This document shows, piece by piece, positions 59,120 to 60,019 of a stretch of 60,019 nt of DNA. A program made the position numbers and the translations under genes. The stretch covers positions 1-60,019 of the forward strand of contig JAAYUS010000150.1 in the NCBI GenBank assembly GCA_012517605.1, given 5' to 3'. A model generated the notes under the pieces. It saw only the letters and a list, made by a program, of their open reading frames with translations, did not search any database and was not told the origin of the DNA. Source of the stretch: Bacteroidales bacterium. GTDB lineage: Bacteria > Bacteroidota > Bacteroidia > Bacteroidales > VadinHA17. Positions within the stretch are counted from its first letter, which is position 1. Each line of letters opens with the position of its first letter.

Positions 59120-59932
59120 ATGAAAAGTATATCTGTTTTTGTCTCTGCCTTCTTTGCAGTGATTACATTATCTGCTCAGCATCCTTCGCACAAAGCGACA
59201 GAAATGAAGCAATTCACGGTTAAGGAGGCAAAGCAGGGTGTGGCTGTTGACAGGCATCACTTTTATGTGATCAATAGCAGTACAATCACAAAGCATGATA
59301 AGGAAAGCGGAGAACTGATAACCTTATGGGATGGCAGCGCCGCCGGGGTGAAACATCTTAACAGCGGCGTTGTGATAAAAGGAAAGCTCTACTGTGCCAC
59401 CTCAAATTACCCCGATTCACCGATGGCCGGCTCGATAGAGATTTTTGATGCCAGGACACTGGAGCATATCGGATGCCACAGCTTCGGAATTTTAAGAGGT
59501 TCCGCAACATGGATCGATAAGTATAAAGGTTCCTGGTACGTTGGTTTTGCACACTACTCTGGCAACGGGTCAAGTGAAGGCAAAGACACAAGATGGACAA
59601 CAGTTGCGAGGTTCGACAGGAAATGACGTGAAACCGGGTCGTGGATATTCCCTGAAAATATCATAAAACTTTTCACGCCCATGAGCAATTCAGGCGCAAC
59701 AAGGGGAAGTGACGGCAGATTGTATTGTACCGGGCACGATGAGCCAGAAATATATGTAATGGAAATCCCCGGAACAGGTTACACCCTGAGTCATGTTGAA
59801 ACCATTACCACTCCTGTTCACGGACAGGGAATTGCGATTGACCGCACTGTAAACAAAAAACTGATAATGTACGGAATTCGCCGGGATAAGAACCTCGTAA
59901 TTGCGTTTGAAATAAAACAGGAACATGACTGA
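59120..59932 (+). pseudogene. Secreted hypothetical (beta-propeller-like) protein interrupted by one in-frame TGA at 59624-59626
   Basis: ORFs 59120-59626 and 59681-59932 share a frame, and the intervening 54 nt are open (RETGSWIFPENIIKLFTP). Confidence 0.6.
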
Positions 59933-60019
59933 AGAAGCGGATTTATCTCACCCAGCAATATCCTGTGAAACAACACTTCCTTTTTTTGAACACCAGGACA
60001 GGCGCATTGTTAAAAAGAA
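59925..60019 (+). CDS. Possible start of the next gene (truncated by window edge)
   Basis: ATG at 59925 overlaps the previous gene end; frame open to the edge (MTEEADLSHPAISCETTLPFFEHQDRRIVKK). Confidence 0.3.
   Translation, partial: MTEEADLSHPAISCETTLPFFEHQDRRIVKK

Noticed and set aside
59624-59670. Selenocysteine codon or UGA=Trp genetic code
   Set aside because: No redox-motif context or convincing SECIS hairpin; TGA terminates many intact genes in the window
346-59926. The many short ORF-track entries antisense or out of frame to long genes (for example 18755-19585 +, 31015-31575 +, 38541-39125 +, 48348-48899 +, 52834-53352 -)
   Set aside because: They are shadow ORFs overlapping well-supported genes and have no recognisable motifs

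Overview
This is a 60-kb chromosomal segment of an anaerobic, saccharolytic Bacteroidota bacterium, probably Bacteroidales. The assignment rests on TAnnTTTG-type promoters, AT-rich SD-less starts and Bacteroidota-type gene families. I saw no integrase, transposase, prophage or CRISPR array. Content in order: (1) an 18.5-kb minus-strand arabinose/hemicellulose cluster (SSS transporter, araA, NrtR-type regulator, araD, araB, GH51, GH127, beta-helix protein, GH9, DUF6057, TolB-like protein, partial GH31) with a candidate operator; (2) a PlsC-like acyltransferase and an SSS + BNR sialidase-like pair; (3) a two-gene Mg2+ uptake operon (soluble MgtE-N/CBS protein + NRAMP-related transporter); (4) a class V aminotransferase, tRNA-Lys(CTT), and a ~19% GC non-coding island where G/C strand skew flips; (5) a PerR-like/DPSL/peroxiredoxin/methyltransferase/OsmC cluster; (6) xylBA and a Tat oxidoreductase + PmoA-like pair; (7) a four-gene corrinoid/folate methyl-transfer module with a MetV-MetF fusion; (8) a TolB-like protein and an acyltransferase/lipid kinase/HAD trio; (9) a GH172, Tat oxidoreductase, Tat TIM-barrel, GH116 operon; (10) YfcC, outer-membrane proteins, an unannotated 44-aa ORF, metA, VIT1 and a TGA-interrupted gene. 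The best candidate for an undescribed system is the leader of the Mg2+ operon. A 14-codon uORF (MDDGPASLLINNLV) is followed by a 12-nt RNA segment that can pair either with the sequence at the uORF stop or with a strong Shine-Dalgarno sequence, which suggests a ribosome-sensed translational attenuator. Protein family calls come from motif recognition by eye, not database searches.
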